Assembly (NCBI GenBank): GCA_013265495.1
Contig: MU058650.1
Location: 996,267 to 1,060,266, forward strand
Reading direction: 5' to 3'
Origin: Vicugna vicugna
Lineage: Eukaryota
Length of the DNA stretch: 64,000 nucleotides
Below the pieces are notes generated by a model. It was not told the DNA's origin and searched no databases. It worked only from the letters and a program-made list of their open reading frames with translations. Each line of letters begins with the position of its first letter. Position 1 is the first letter of the stretch. Shown here piece after piece: positions 36,801 through 50,765 of the stretch. The position numbers were made by a program, and so were the translations under genes.

Positions 36801-39800
36801 CCAAAACCTCTGGGCTGCAGCAAAAGCAGTTCTAAGAGGGAGGTTTATAGAAACACAAGCCTACCTCAGGAAACAAGAAAAATCTCAAGTGAGCAACCTA
36901 ACCTTACATCTAAAGCAGCTAGAGAAAGAAGAACAAACCCCAAAGTTAGTAGAAGAAAAGAAATCATAAAGATTAGAGCAGAAAAAATGAAATAAAAAAC
37001 AATAGAAAAGATCAATGAAACTAAAAGCTGGTTCTTTAAAAAGATAAACAAAACTGATAAATTTTTTGTTAGACTCATCAAGAAACAAAGGGAGAAGGCC
37101 CAAACTGATAAAATCAGAAATGAAAAAGAAATTACAGCCTACACCACAGAAATACAAGGGATCATAAGAGGCTACTACAAACAACTATCCACTAACAAAA
37201 AAGGACAACATAGAAGAAATGTACAATTTCCTACAAAGGTACAATTTGCCAAGACTGAACCATGAAGAAATAGAAAATATGAATAAACCAATCACCAGAA
37301 CTGAAATTGAATCAGTTATTTTAAAACTTCCATCAAACAAAACTCTGGGACCAGATGACTTCACAAGTGAATTCTACCAAGTATTTAGAGAAGAGTTCAT
37401 GCCCATCCTTCTGAAACTATTCCAAAAATTGCAGAGGAAGAAACACTCTGAACTCATTCTATGAGGTCACCATCACCCCAATACCAAAACCAAAGATATC
37501 ACATACACACAAAAATTACAGGCCAATATCACTTATGAATATAGATGCAAAAATCCTCAACAAAATACTAATAAATCAACTTGAACAATGCATTAAAAGG
37601 ATCATACACCATGATCAAGTGGGCTTTATCCCAGGATGCAAGGATTTTTCAATATCTGCAAATCAATCAATGTGATATACCACATTAATAAGTTAAAGAA
37701 TAAAAACCATATGATCATCCCAATATTTGCAGGAAAAGCTTTTGATAAAATTCAAGATCCATTTATGGTGAAAACTCTCCAGAAAGTGGGCATAGATAGA
37801 ACATATCTCAGTGTAATAAAAGCCATCTATCACAAACCCATAGCTAACATCATACTTAACAGGGAAAAGATGAAAGAATTTCCTCTCAGATCAGGAGCAA
37901 GACAAGAATGCCCACTCTCACCACTTTTATTCAACATAATTTTAGAAGTCCTAGCTGTAGCAATGACAGAAGAAAAAGAAATAAAAGGAATCCAAATTGG
38001 ATATGAAGAAGTAAAATTGTCACTGTTTGCAGACAACATGATACTACATGTAGAAAACCCTAAAGAAGTGAACAGAAAACAACTAGAAATCATCAATAAA
38101 TTTGGTAAAGTTACAGGATACAAAATTAATATACAGAAATCAGTTGCATTTCTATACACTAACAATGAAATAGCAGAAAAAGAAATTAAGGAAACAATAC
38201 AATTTACCATTGCACCAAAAAGAATAAAATACCTAGGAATAAACCTACCCAAGGGGGGCAAAAACCTGTATTCCAAAAACTGTAAGACATTGATTAAAGA
38301 AATTGAAGATGACATAAACAAATAGAAAGATATATTGTGTTCCTGGATTGGAAGAATCAATATTGTCAAAATGGACTTACTATGCAAGGCAATAGACAGA
38401 TTCAATTCAATCCCTATGAAATTATCAATGACACTTTTCAGAAAGCTGCAACAAAATTGTTAAAATTTGTATGGAAACACAAAAGACCCCGAATAGCCAA
38501 AACAATATTGCAAAAGAATCATGCCCTCTGACTTCAGACTATCTACAAAGCTACAGTAATCAAAACGGTATGTTACCAGCACAAAAACAGACACATAGAT
38601 CAACGGAACAGGATAGAAAGTTCAGAAATATACCCACACACTTACAGTCAATTATGACAAAGGCGGCAAGAATATACAATAGAGAAAAGACAGTGTTTTC
38701 AATAAGTGGTGCTGGGAAAACTGGACAGCTACCTGTAAAAGATTGAAATTCAAAGATTCTCTAACACCATATACAAAAATAAACTCAAAATGGATTAAAG
38801 ATCTAAATGTAAAACATGATACTATAAAACTCTTAGAGGAAGACATATGCAGAATACTCTTGGATGTAAATCACAGCAATATATTTTTGGAACCAGCTCC
38901 TAAAGTAATGAAAATAAAATAAAAAAATAAACAAGTGGGATCTAATTAACTTAAAAGCTTTTGTACAGCTAAAGACACTATCAGCAAAATGAAAAGACAA
39001 TTTTTGGAATAGGAGAAAATATTTGCAAATGATTCAACTGACAAGAGACTAACTTCCAAAATATATAAACAGCTCATACACCTTAATATCAAAAAAACAA
39101 GCAACCCAATAAAAAAAAAATTGGCAGAAGACCTAAATAGACATCTCTCCAAAGACATATGGATGGCCAACAAGCACATGGGAAGATGCTCAACATCACT
39201 AATTGTTAGAGAAACGCAAATCAAAACTACAATGAGATATCACCTCACCAGTCAAAATGGCCATCATTAAAAAGTCTAAAAATGATAAATGTTGGAGACG
39301 ACATGAAGAAAAAGGAAGCCTCCTACACTGTTGGTGGGAATGTAAATTGGTGCAGCCACTATGGAGATTCCTTAAAATTACTAAAAATAGACTTACCGTA
39401 AGATCCAGCAATCTCATTCCTGGGCATATATCTGGAGAAAAACATAATTCAAAAAGACAATGCACTCCAATGTTCACAGAAGCACTATTTACCATAGCCA
39501 AGACATGGTAACAACCCAAATGTCCATCAAGAGATGACCGGGTAAAGAAGATGTGGTATACACACACACACACACACACAATGAGATGCTACTCAGCTAT
39601 AAAAAGTAATAAAATTAATGCCATTTGCAGCAACATGGATGGATCTGGAGATCATCATTCTAAGTGAAGACAGAAAGGGAAAGAAAAATGCCACGTGTTA
39701 TTGCTTATATGTGGAAACTTAAAAACAAAAGAACACAAATGAACTTACCTACAAAACAGAAACAGACTCACAGACATAGAGAACAAACTTATGGTTACCA

Positions 39801-39848
39801 GGGGTTAAAGGGGGTGGGAAGGGATAAATTGGAAATTCAAAAATTGCA
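33860..39848 (+). mobile_element. Near-full-length decayed L1: 5'UTR, ORF1 ~34976-35866, ORF2 ~35960-39600 (endonuclease and RT), with many stops and frameshifts
   Basis: 5' tcaagatggtggagta start; ORF1 fragments (MRQQKNISQ, LRELWDNMKHTNIHIIGVP); RT fragment 37636..38325 containing [13 protein letters not shown] and LFADNMILH (the usual FADD motif altered). Confidence 0.97.
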
Positions 39849-40029
39849 CCTCTTGGGGAGTGATGGAAATGCTAGCTATCTAGATTGTAGTGATGGTTTC
39901 ATGGGTGTATACATCTATCAAAATTTATCAAATTTTACATCTGAAATATATGTGGTTTACCCTACAGGAATCATACCATAATAAAGGTGTTTTTCAAAAA
40001 GAATTAATCTGCAAAATTTCAAAGCAAAT

Positions 40030-40232
40030 ACAGCCATCCTTCAGTATCTGTGGGGGATTTGTTCCAAGACCTGCCCCGGGTACTGAAATCCAGGGTTGCT
40101 CCATTCCTATAGTGGGCCCTGTAACCATGGTTCTACATCATGTCATACTGTAGTATGTATTGTTTGGGGGGGAAAAAAACTGTGTATAAGTGGATCCACA
40201 CAGTTCAAACCTTTGTTGTTCAAGGTCAGCTC
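40030..40232 (+). mobile_element. Tigger-family MITE (MER8-like)
   Basis: ta cagccatccttcagtatctgtgggggatttgttccaagacc...cagttcaaacctttgttgttcaaggtcagct. Confidence 0.8.
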
Positions 40233-41479
40233 AAACAATCTTTAAAAAGTTTACAATTCTTTAAAAAAATTTTTTAGCAAAGCACATGGGTATTAAATAT
40301 AAATGCAAACTACTGTGATGTTCCAAGCAAACCCGAATGATGAAAGATAATTTAAAATAGATAATAGTCTCTGAAAAGAAATACATTTTAAAAATCCAAC
40401 CATGTCAATAATTACAATAAATGTAAATGATCCAAAAATACAAATTAAAAGGCAGAGTTTGTCAGGCTAAATAAAAATCTAGACTTAAGTTACTATGAAG
40501 TCCAATTTACTTCTGGCTTAACTGACTTCTAGGGTAACATACTGAGGTTCTGCCCAAAGCCTAGGAGCTTGCCATGACTCCTCTTCTTGAAGGACTCTGA
40601 ACTCAAATGTTTAGTTCCTAAAGGCTGTTTAAAACACTACTCACCCTCTCAGTCACTTCTTCAGAATCTAGAAACTCATAGGGAGAGAAAACTCCCAGAT
40701 ACCAAGCTCATACCTCGGATTTCCCTTTCCTTCATAATCTTGACCCTGGAGTTCTTCACTCCTTTCTTAGCCACCTAAAACCTTCAAACATATTTTTAAA
40801 AATATTTTGTCCACCTTTTCCAGTTATTTTTTCACAAGTATTGGTCTGAGTTACCTACTTCCTATATATACAAAACACTAGAAGAATGAAACAATTTTAA
40901 GAGAAAATATAAATTATCCAAAATTGACTCATGAAGTAGAATATATAGATAAGTCAGTAACCATAAGAAATTGTATAGCCTAAAATCTATTCCTAATAAT
41001 TGTATCCCACAAAGACAATTTTATTGATGAGTTCTATAAAATCCTCAATAAAAGATAATTCCAATATTGCATAAAATCTTACAAGTTATAAAAGGGAAAA
41101 TCAAAAGCAATCCAACTTTTATAAGACCAGTATGATCCCATTACCATAACCTGGGCTGGACAAGGGCAACACAAGAAAAGAGAAGAAAAGAAAAGAAAAG
41201 AAAAAACAATCCCGCTTATGAATACATACATACATATATATACACATATGTATATGTAGATATATATACATACATATACTGCATCTTCTTTATCTATTTA
41301 ACTATTGATGTGCACTAAGGATGCTTCAATATGTTGGCAATTATAAATAACGTTGTTGTTAATAGCAGGGTGTATGTATCTTTTTTAGTTAATTCTTATT
41401 TTGTAGTTGGCTTTATTTCTTTGATAACTATGTAAGTTTAAAAAGCTAAATCCCTAAACATTCTTCAAAACAGTGAATA

Positions 41480-41865
41480 GTACATACATGTAAATTAAAA
41501 GATATATGTACAGTAAAAAAAAATCCATCAAGCCATGAAAGACATAGAGGAAACTTAAAAGACATATTACTAAATGAAAGAAGCCAGTCTGAAAAGACTA
41601 CAAATTCAACCAAATGTATGATTTCAACCAAATGACATACTGGAAAAGGCACAGATACAGGAACAATAAAAAGGATCATGGTTTCCAGGGGCTTGGGGAG
41701 AGGGAGGGAGGCAGGAATGAATAGATGGAGCATAAGGGATTTTTAGGGCAACGAAAGTATTCTGTATGATACTATAGTGGCTACATGTCATTACATGTTT
41801 GTCAAAATTCATAGAATGTACAACATCGAGTGAACCTTAATGTAAACTATGAGAAAAAAAAAAAA
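41480..41865 (+). mobile_element. L1MC-like 3' region, ending early in an A run
   Basis: Homologous to 10786-10925 and to the reverse complement of 27380-27610. Confidence 0.8.
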
Positions 41866-42281
41866 CTAGTTCCTGAGTCAAACTAATGCTAAAGGGTTTG
41901 GAAGAAAAGTAGAAAACATCAGTGGAGTCACAGAAGGAAAGGCCAGTCAGTTTATAAAAAAAAAAAAAAACAGAAACCAACAACAAAAACAATTACAAGG
42001 GGCTTTTACAAACCAGCCAGGGGACCAAGCATAAAGTCCTGATGGCCCCTTTCCCAGGAGTGGGCCCTCATGTTAAAGCTGTGCTGTTCCCTCCCCTCCA
42101 CTCAGGCCTCCCAAACTGCCAGGCTGCATTCACTCACTGAGTCAGATCTCCACCTGAGCTGCACTGAGGCCGGTGGATGGAGGCCAATCCCCTCCTCTGG
42201 ACCAGAGTTCCTCCAGCTTTACCAGTGAGCGCAGCAGTGAACTTCTTTATGGTCAACATCTCTCATGTAAAATATATTGGA

Positions 42282-42337
42282 GACACAACATTGTAAAATG
42301 ACTACAACTCAATAAAAAAATGTTAAAAAAAATAAAA
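42282..42337 (+). mobile_element. Extremely 5'-truncated young L1 (56 bp) with perfect 14-bp TSD
   Basis: TSD taaaatatattgga at 42268-42281 and 42338-42351; the insert matches the reverse complement of the L1 end at 55875-55927. Confidence 0.85.
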
Positions 42338-42819
42338 TAAAATATATTGGAATTCCCAGAACATACGATGAAGAATGGGACTTTTTTTATATTCCGCAAA
42401 TGTTTAGATTGTCTCTTATTATTGTCTCTTAGCTGTGAAAGAAATGTAATTGAGACTAATCTTCTACTTAGTTTGAATTTACATTAAGCCTCATCTCTCA
42501 AGACAGTTTGGGTAACAATTATACATCAGCAATGCACATGAAGTGTGTATATAGTTATTCTGTATATAAATATTGCATTATAATTTAAAAATGTATGCAG
42601 TTGGTCAATATAAACTTTTAGATGGCCATAGCATTTATTTCTAGAGTTTAATTCTGAAGTCATAAGTTTAGAGCCGTTTTCTACCTGAGTATGTATATTT
42701 AAAAAAAAAAAAGATGAACTTTTAAAAGATGAAGTTAAATTGTACTCTTAGAAGAAACTTTTATCATTTAATTTTTATATTCTGCTATAACAATATCCAT
42801 AATAAAAAATAAATTTGAT

Positions 42820-43500
42820 AAATTAAAAAAATAGAGCTGCCATATGATCCAGCAATTCTGAGTATATATTCAAAGAAAATGAAAACACTGACTTGAAAAG
42901 ATATATTTACTCCCATGTTCATTTCAGCATTATTTGCAATAGCTAAAATATGGGAGTAACCTAAGTGTGTACAGCAATGGATAAATTAAAAAAGAAACTG
43001 TGATATACATATGGATATTATTCAGGCATGAAAAAGAATGAAAATTCTGCCATTTGCAACAACACGAATGGCCCTCGAAAGCATTATGCTAAGTGAAATA
43101 AGTCAGACAGAGTAAGACAAGTACTGTATAACCTAACTTATATATGGAACGTAAAGAAGAAAAAAAAATACAGAGAACAGTTTAGTGATTGCTGGGGACT
43201 GAGTGGGCTAAATGGGTGAAGGGGATCAAAAGGTACAAACCGCCAGCTATAAAATAAATGTCATAAGGATGCAATGATGGTGACTATAACTGATAATAAT
43301 ACTGCATAGTATATTTGAAAGTTGCTAAGAAAGTAAATCTTAAATGTTCTAATCACAAGAAAAACAAATTGTAATTATATATGGTGAAGGATGTTGACTT
43401 ATTGTAGTGATCATTCACAACATATACAAATATTGAATCATTATGTTGTATGCCTAAAATTGATGTTTTATTTCAACCATACCTTCATTTAAAAAATAAA
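42820..43500 (+). mobile_element. L1 3' fragment (L1MA-like 3'UTR)
   Basis: agagctgccatatgatccagcaatt...tatttgaaagttgctaagaaagtaaatcttaaatgttctaatcac. Confidence 0.85.
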
Positions 43501-43576
43501 GTAATTATGAAACTTTAAAAAAGAGAAAAATATAAGATCTTTTAGATAAATCCACAGGTAATTTTCCAATAACATA

Positions 43577-43768
43577 GTTTAAACTGCACAGGTCCACTTA
43601 CACATGGATTTCTTCAACAGTAAATACTACAGTACTACATGATCCAAGGATGGTTGAATCCTCAGATGCAGAGCCATGGAAAGTGAGGAACCATGAACAA
43701 AAGGATTTTTGACTCCAACGAGGATCTGTACTGCTATCCTCCTCATGTTGTTCAAGGGTCAACTGTAT
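43577..43768. mobile_element. Tigger2-derived DNA transposon fragment
   Basis: tttaaactgcacaggtccacttacacatggattt...ttgttcaagggtcaactgta terminal repeat with TA. Confidence 0.75.
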
Positions 43769-45954
43769 ACATTTTACAAGGACGTTTAAAAACACATACT
43801 AGAAAATTTGGAGAAATACACCAAGTTCATGGCTGAAAGTATTTGATATTTTAATGGTATTACATTTCTTAAAATCAATCTATAACTCAATGTAATTAAA
43901 ATCAAAATCCCGATGGACTTTTTGTAAAGTTCTAAGTTTCACATGGAATAGTTAATGTGCAAGAACAGTTAAGACAATCTTTACTTCTAACAGGGAGAGC
44001 CAGCCATGGTTATTTACTTGCTAGCATTTCATTACTATAGTAGCAGATATTCTGACCCTCCCATCATCAGAAAAAAAAGGAATTAGTGTGCTTTTGTTCA
44101 TTTTTTAAAATAAGAATGTATAGATGTATTATTTTGTATTTTAAAGTGAATATCATTTTAAAAAATAAATGAGAAAAAATGAATAAGAAAGAAATGGTGG
44201 AAGAAAATACTAAAATTATACTGAAAAGATGAACATTAGCATCTTATTTCCTATTCTCGTCTTATCTCATGCGTACCCCGACCTCCAACACCCACACATG
44301 TATTGATCAGTGTAGGGGACTTGGTAGGGCATTAAATTCTCAAAAGCTTAACTTATATGTAGAAATGGTCCTTCATTCTAAGAACCAGACTCAACCTAAC
44401 AATGATAATTACAAACTATAATTTATCTAGAATCTACTATATTTACATGCTTTATATACACTATTTCTACTTTTTCCACTGCTTTCTGAAGTAGGTAGTA
44501 TTATCTCCATTTTCACATTAGAAAACTGTGACTTAGGGAATTTAATTTACTTGTCATAGGTCAAACAACTAAAAAGTGGCTGAGTCAGGATTAAAACTTC
44601 AGTCTAACTGTTGCCAAAGTCAGTGTTTTTTCCAGTATGCCCTCTTCTGGGGAAGAGACTGTGGAAAGAATTCCTTTGGCATCTCTCAGGGAATAGGATA
44701 TTGTGTCACTAGGAAGATTTTCTAGCCAAGATCTTGGTGCCTATGATGATTCATATTTAGATCATGTTCCTTGAGAGTAGGGAAAGATATCTGTAAGCAG
44801 CTGGTTTTAGCATCTTAGAGTTGTAAAGAAAGTTCTCAGGGAAACCATCCAATGATATTGTAGGAAATCTCAGAGGTCAAGGAGCTATTTATTCCTCCAC
44901 ACAGCTAAAATTTCAATTTCAACTCTTGCTAAAATTTTCTTTCTACTTCCAGCCATGATGAAGGTTAAAGAGTCTATTATTAAACGACCATAAGAAAGAG
45001 AGACATTCGGTAGGCTTCTGATTCAAGCACCCCAACCCCAGTCTTTTTGGGTAACTCCACAAACAGAAAGCTGAATATTAAATAGAGGGGCCTGGACATC
45101 TAGTCAGGATGATATGCCAGCATATTCTCCAGTCCACAGCAAGAGAAATCTGGCCATCAGTGGCTGCACAATCACACACTTCCAGTTGTATACATGTGGA
45201 ATTAAGTATACTCTTTGGGTCACAGCCTAAAGGAACCAAGTTTTGCCTTTTTTCTTCCATCCAAGAGCTGTGAAGAGAGCTTCCAGTAGAAGAATCCAAT
45301 TATCCAGAGTTGCTAGTTGAAAAATGTTGCCCTAACCATCAGGGGATCTGACTTCTCACCCTAGCATTTCCATTAACAAGCCATGAGTAGTTGCTTAATT
45401 TCTCTAATCTTGTCTCCCCTCTATAAAGCTTCACTGTTGAACCAAGTACCTTTGAAATCCCCTATAGCTGAAACATTCCAGAAACCCTACTGGATTATAG
45501 GGATGAAAAGAAAATTACTCCTTGTGTTTAAAACTAGCCCCCAAATATAGCGGAGGTCTTTCATACGTACTCCTTGTGGTCTAGTTTAAGAACAATCATT
45601 GGGTGCTGCCCAATGAGAAGCCTTCATTTGAAAGAATTTTACATTTTATGTAAGTCAAAGGGTTCCACCATATTAAAAAACCAACTATAGATCACATCCT
45701 TTTCCCTCTTTCCCCTCTATTACTTCATGAAACTTGTCACACAGTTACAGTTACAGATCTCAAAAAAATTGAAGTCATAAAATACTAAAACTAAAAGTTG
45801 TGAAATATGATATGCATTGGTCAGGGTTCTCCAGAGAAGCAGAACCAGTATTTTATTCTTTACCTTCCTCAAAAGAGGAGGTAGACTTCTTGAGTGATGT
45901 TTACTTCATGTAGGATACATACCTCATCGTGTAACATAGGCTATATTGACTTTA

Positions 45955-46772
45955 CTACAAATAATAATTGCTGAAGAAGATGTGGAGAAAAGACAACCCT
46001 CCTACACGGCTGGTGGCAATGTAATTTGGTGCAGCCACTATGGAGAGCAGTATGAAGATTTCTTAAAAAGTTAAAAATAGATTTGCCATATGATCCAGCA
46101 GTCCCACTCCTAGACATTGATCCAGGAGAAAACTCTAATTCGAAAAGACACATGTACCCCAATGTTCATAGCAGCACTATTTACAATAGCCAAGACATGG
46201 AAACCATCCAAGTGCCCACTGACAGATGATTGGTTTAAGAAGATATGATATATACATATATATATATGATATGTAATATAATGGAATGGAATGAATAATG
46301 TAATAATACTCAGTCATAAAAAAGAATGAAGTAATGCCATTTGCAGCAACATGGATGGCCCTAGAGATTATCATACTAAGTGAGATAAGTCAAACAGAGG
46401 AAGATAAATATCATATGGTATCTCTTAAATGTGGAATCTAAAAAATGATGCAAATGAACTTATTTACAAAACAAAACAGACGCACAGACATAGAAAACAA
46501 ACTTATGGCTACCAAAGAGGCAAAGAGGGAGGGATAAATTAGGAGCTGGAATTAGCAGATACAAACTACTATACGTAAAATGGATAAAAAGCAAGGTCCT
46601 ACTGTACAGCAGGGAACTATATTCAGTATTTTGTAATAAACTTTAATGGAAAAGAATCTGAAAAATATATAATCTGAAAAAGAATAATATATACATCATT
46701 GAATCACTTTGCAATACACCAAAAACTAACAAATGCAATATTATAAATCAAGTACATTTCAATTAAAAAAAA
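45955..46772 (+). mobile_element. 5'-truncated L1 with 15-bp TSD (one mismatch)
   Basis: TSD gctatattgacttta (45940-54) / gctattttgacttta (46773-87); ORF2 C-terminal remnant and complete 3'UTR. Confidence 0.9.
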
Positions 46773-47282
46773 GCTATTTTGACTTTATATATAATATATA
46801 TTATATATATATAACTACAGAGGCCATGTTTGTGTGTGTGTGTGTATTTATACACACACACAAGCCTGTTTATAACTATAAAGAGGAATACTCATATCAG
46901 TTTCAGTCCTTATTTCTGTAACTGGCCACATGGCCATGGCTGGCATTTGTAACTACCTTTTTCCACTCCCCTTTCTGCATTTTTGTTGTTGTTGTAGCTG
47001 TAAGGATGTTGAGGTAAGAAAGATAATGATTTCATTCACATGGATAAAGCCTAATTTAACTTTACCAAAGAGTTCTAATAGCATCAAGGAAACTCTCGCC
47101 AAACAAAGTTTAGGGATTTTGTTTGTTTTTAACTTGTTGAAGTATCTCTTAGGTAGGAAAACAAATAACAGTATTATGTAATTTTAAAAAAAACAGAGTG
47201 ATAGTTAAAGATAGAAGAGTTAGAAACATTTTTAATTTTTTGATTATTAAAGGGGAACTAGAGTTAACAGAAACTAATTTAT

Positions 47283-47420
47283 GGGGGAGGGTACAATTCA
47301 AGTGGCAGAGCGTGTGCTAAGCATGCACAAGGTCCTGGGTCCAATCCCCAGTACCACCTCTAAAAGTAAATAAATAAGTAAACCTAATTACCTCCCCTTC
47401 CAAAAATAAAATCAATAAAT
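47283..47420 (+). mobile_element. Second tRNA-Ala-derived SINE with perfect 14-bp TSD
   Basis: Head GGGGGAGGGTACAATTCAAGTGGCAGAGCGTGTGCTAAGCATGCACAAGGTCCTGGGTCCAATCCCCAGTACC; TSD agaaactaatttat at 47269-82 and 47421-34. Confidence 0.92.
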
Positions 47421-48851
47421 AGAAACTAATTTATAATTTTGATTTTAAAAATTCCAGAGAATAACAGTCTCTACTTTTTAGAGAAAACAATCTACCAGGA
47501 AGTCATCCAAGGATGTCTCAAGATCAAGCACCTTAAAAAAAAAAAAAAATCTAGCACCTTATTTAAGTCATCTGTATGCCTTATAAAATATTTTTCTTAA
47601 AGAAATGATTCCACAGCTTTCTGCTAGTTTTTGCTAGTTAAGTTTTGAACAGTCTTTTCTGTCAAAAAAATAAAAAACAAAAAACCTCTCTATTAGGTCT
47701 TACCGCGGAGCCCCAAACCAAGTTATACAGAGCTTGCTTTGTGGGGTGGACTGGCCTCTCCCTACGCATACTTCAGCCATGCCTGGTGTAAACCCAGTTG
47801 TATGTGTTACAGTGTAAACTCTGTAGTTCTTTTTTTTTTTTTCTCTTTAATAATAGTATAATGAGTTCAAATTAATATCACTCAGCTTCAACAATTAACT
47901 CATGGCTATTAAATAAAACAAAATTTGAATAAATTTGTCTCTTCCCAGAATATATAAGACACCATAATGAAGAATTATAATGAGTTGTAATTAAAAGAGT
48001 GCAACATAACAATTCACATTTCAGCCCTGAGTTCTTCTTGATTAGCGCCTGAATAGAAAAATTTTCCTGTTATCTTTTTTCAAGTCATCATGCATAATAT
48101 TCAGAAGAACATTTGCCAGTCAGCTTATTTGAATTGCAAATAAAAAACAGTGCTTATCAAAATATATACCCTGCTGTCAGATACCACTGCATCATTTTCT
48201 CCCAGAAGAGATATCCTTTCATGTCATTTCCACAGATGATCGGTCACGTGGTTTTTACAACTAGGTCTGCAGCACTTGGCTTACTTTACATTTTCATTGT
48301 AGACAGAAAGAATATTCTTTTTTAGGAAATATTGGTTTGCAGATTAAAAACAGCTTGAGCTAAAAGTTTATATTAATCCTTGTGGTATGAGAATAAGCAT
48401 ATTTGGGACCCTGAAAATACCAGGAAAAATGGAAAAGAAAAAAATGGAACCAAGTACAGAGATCTTGAAGGGAAATATATTTTGTTAGACACATCTTTCT
48501 CAGGAAGAGAATGCTTTATGATTTAGAAACTAACCATCGGTAATATTAAATATCAAAGATACGATCTTTCATGAGTGACATTTCAAATGAACTGGTCCAA
48601 AACCATCGTTAAAGTCAGTGACATATGGTATAAGGCATAATGCTATCTCAGGTTGGCCATCTCTCAAGTTGCATATGGTTGCCTCTTATTTCCAAAATTA
48701 AGTTTTGATGGCATTATCACATGTGTCAAAATTAAATTTTACAAATTGAGCTTCCCACTTATTTTGTTAGACTGCTATATGAACGTGACCCCCCCAGTCA
48801 TTCTGACAAGGTGGGGATGGGAGTGGTGACTTACAAAAAGGGTCTTACATT

Positions 48852-50765
48852 GGAGGGAGATCAAGATGGCAGAGTAAGAGGATGTGGAGGTCACCTTCCC
48901 CTACAAACACAACAAACATATACCTATATGTGAGATAATTCTCATGAAAAACTAACGGGAAACTGGCAGAAGGAACCCTATACAGCCAAGACTGCAAGGA
49001 ATCTACACACAGAGTCAGGTAGAATGGGAAGAAGAGCACTGGGTCAGGACCTGTGCCCCTGGGAGGGGACTCAGAGGAAAAGGGAGATCACAGGGGCGGA
49101 CACTCACCCAGGGAGTGAGCAAGTCGAACCACAGACTGGACATCCCAATCCTGGGGTCCTGTGCATAGGAGACAAACCCTATGGCTACTTGGGGAACCAC
49201 TGGGACGCGTAAAAAGGCTGCAGAAACCTAGACTCCACTCATGAGGACCGTACAGCTGCTGGATTACCCCAAGACAGAACAGAGAGAGGTTTGCCCTAGG
49301 AGCTGCTGCCCCCACTGTGGTCCCTAGTCTGAGCCAAGCAAGCACCCCGGCCCCACTCCCTCCACGCCACAGCATGGCACTGGATCTAGGATGACCAGGA
49401 CCTGGGAAAGGACTGGATCTAGGGACACAGAGGCAACCCCAGAGGTCCAGGTGTGATCCAGGTGGGGCGGCAGTGGCCGTCACTGGCACTTACTCAAACA
49501 GCACCACAGAAGTAGCCCACGCTTCTGATGACAGTGCAGCCATGTGAACTCCCGTGATCATCACACCACACTCCCCAGTCCTAGACAGTGAATGCTCCAG
49601 ATGTGCCTATTCCACAACACAACTTAGCACTAGATCTGGAGTGGACAGAATAGAGAAAAAGACACAACCAGGGGTTGCATCTGAGCAGAGCCAAAGACAC
49701 CTAAACAGGCAGAACTGCTGTGAGTGAGCAAGCTCGACTGGCATCTGCACTCCCCTCCTTAGGGACAAAGTTCCAGTGAGGGAAGAGGGGAAAATGCACA
49801 CTGAGAGGGAACCGGGCCGACGCAAGCCCAGGCTCAGGGCTTCTACTCCAGCAACTTGGGAGCAAATTCCACCCTTAACAGAGTGATGGCCACTAGCTCC
49901 TCCTACACCAGCCACACCCTGTACCAAGGTGGTAGCAGTCAGCAGACGCGAGGAAAGATGTAGCTCGCATCCCTATCAAGTCCAGCCCTCTCCCCAAAAG
50001 CACTGGGCACCCCTAGTCTATGTAAGGATGCTCCCAGCCCTTCAAAAAACCAAAGCACCCCTTCAAAACCACAGTGGGTGGCTGTTTCACCTAAATTCAT
50101 AGACAGAAAGTTAAATAAAGTGAAAAGACAGAGAAACTGCTCTCAATTGAAAGAGGAAGAGAAAAAGAAACACATAATCAGTCTACTGGGCAGTGAATTC
50201 AAAACGTTGGTAATAAAAATGTTAAATGAATTAGGAAAGAGAATTGATCTAAGCACTGATAATTTTAACAGAGAAATAGAAAATATAAAGAAAACCCAGT
50301 TTAAAACAGATAATTCAATATCTGAGATAAAAAGCACTCTAGAAACAATGAATAGCAGACTAAATGACACAGAAGAATGCATAAGCGATTCGGAAGACAG
50401 AATAATGGAAACCACCCAATCATAGCAGCAAACAGAGACAAATTTTCAAAAAGTGAAAGTAACATACAAGATCTATGGGATAACTTTAAACATGCCACAT
50501 TCCCATTATAGGGGTTCCAGAAGAAGAGAGACAAAAGGGGACCAAAAATGTATTTAAAGAAATTATGACTGAAAACTTCCCAATCCTAAAGAAGAAAACA
50601 GATAGCCAGGTACAGGAAGCACAGAGGGTCTCAAACAAGAGGAACCCTAAACAGACCCACACCAAGATACATCATAATTAAAGTGGCAAACGTTAGATAA
50701 AGAGAATTCTAAAGGCACCAAGAGAAAAACCAAGTCATATACAAAGGAATCTCAGTAAGGCTGAT
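48852..50765 (+). mobile_element. L1 5' part (5'UTR and decayed ORF1), 3'-truncated
   Basis: ggagggagatcaagatggcagagtaag start; ORF 50078..50425 is ORF1 coiled-coil-like (EFKTLVIKMLNELGKRID). Confidence 0.9.

Noticed and set aside
37636..38325. 229-aa reverse-transcriptase ORF
   Set aside because: It is a fragment of decayed L1 ORF2 with the catalytic FADD changed to FADN and flanking frameshifts; not a novel RT system or a functional gene.
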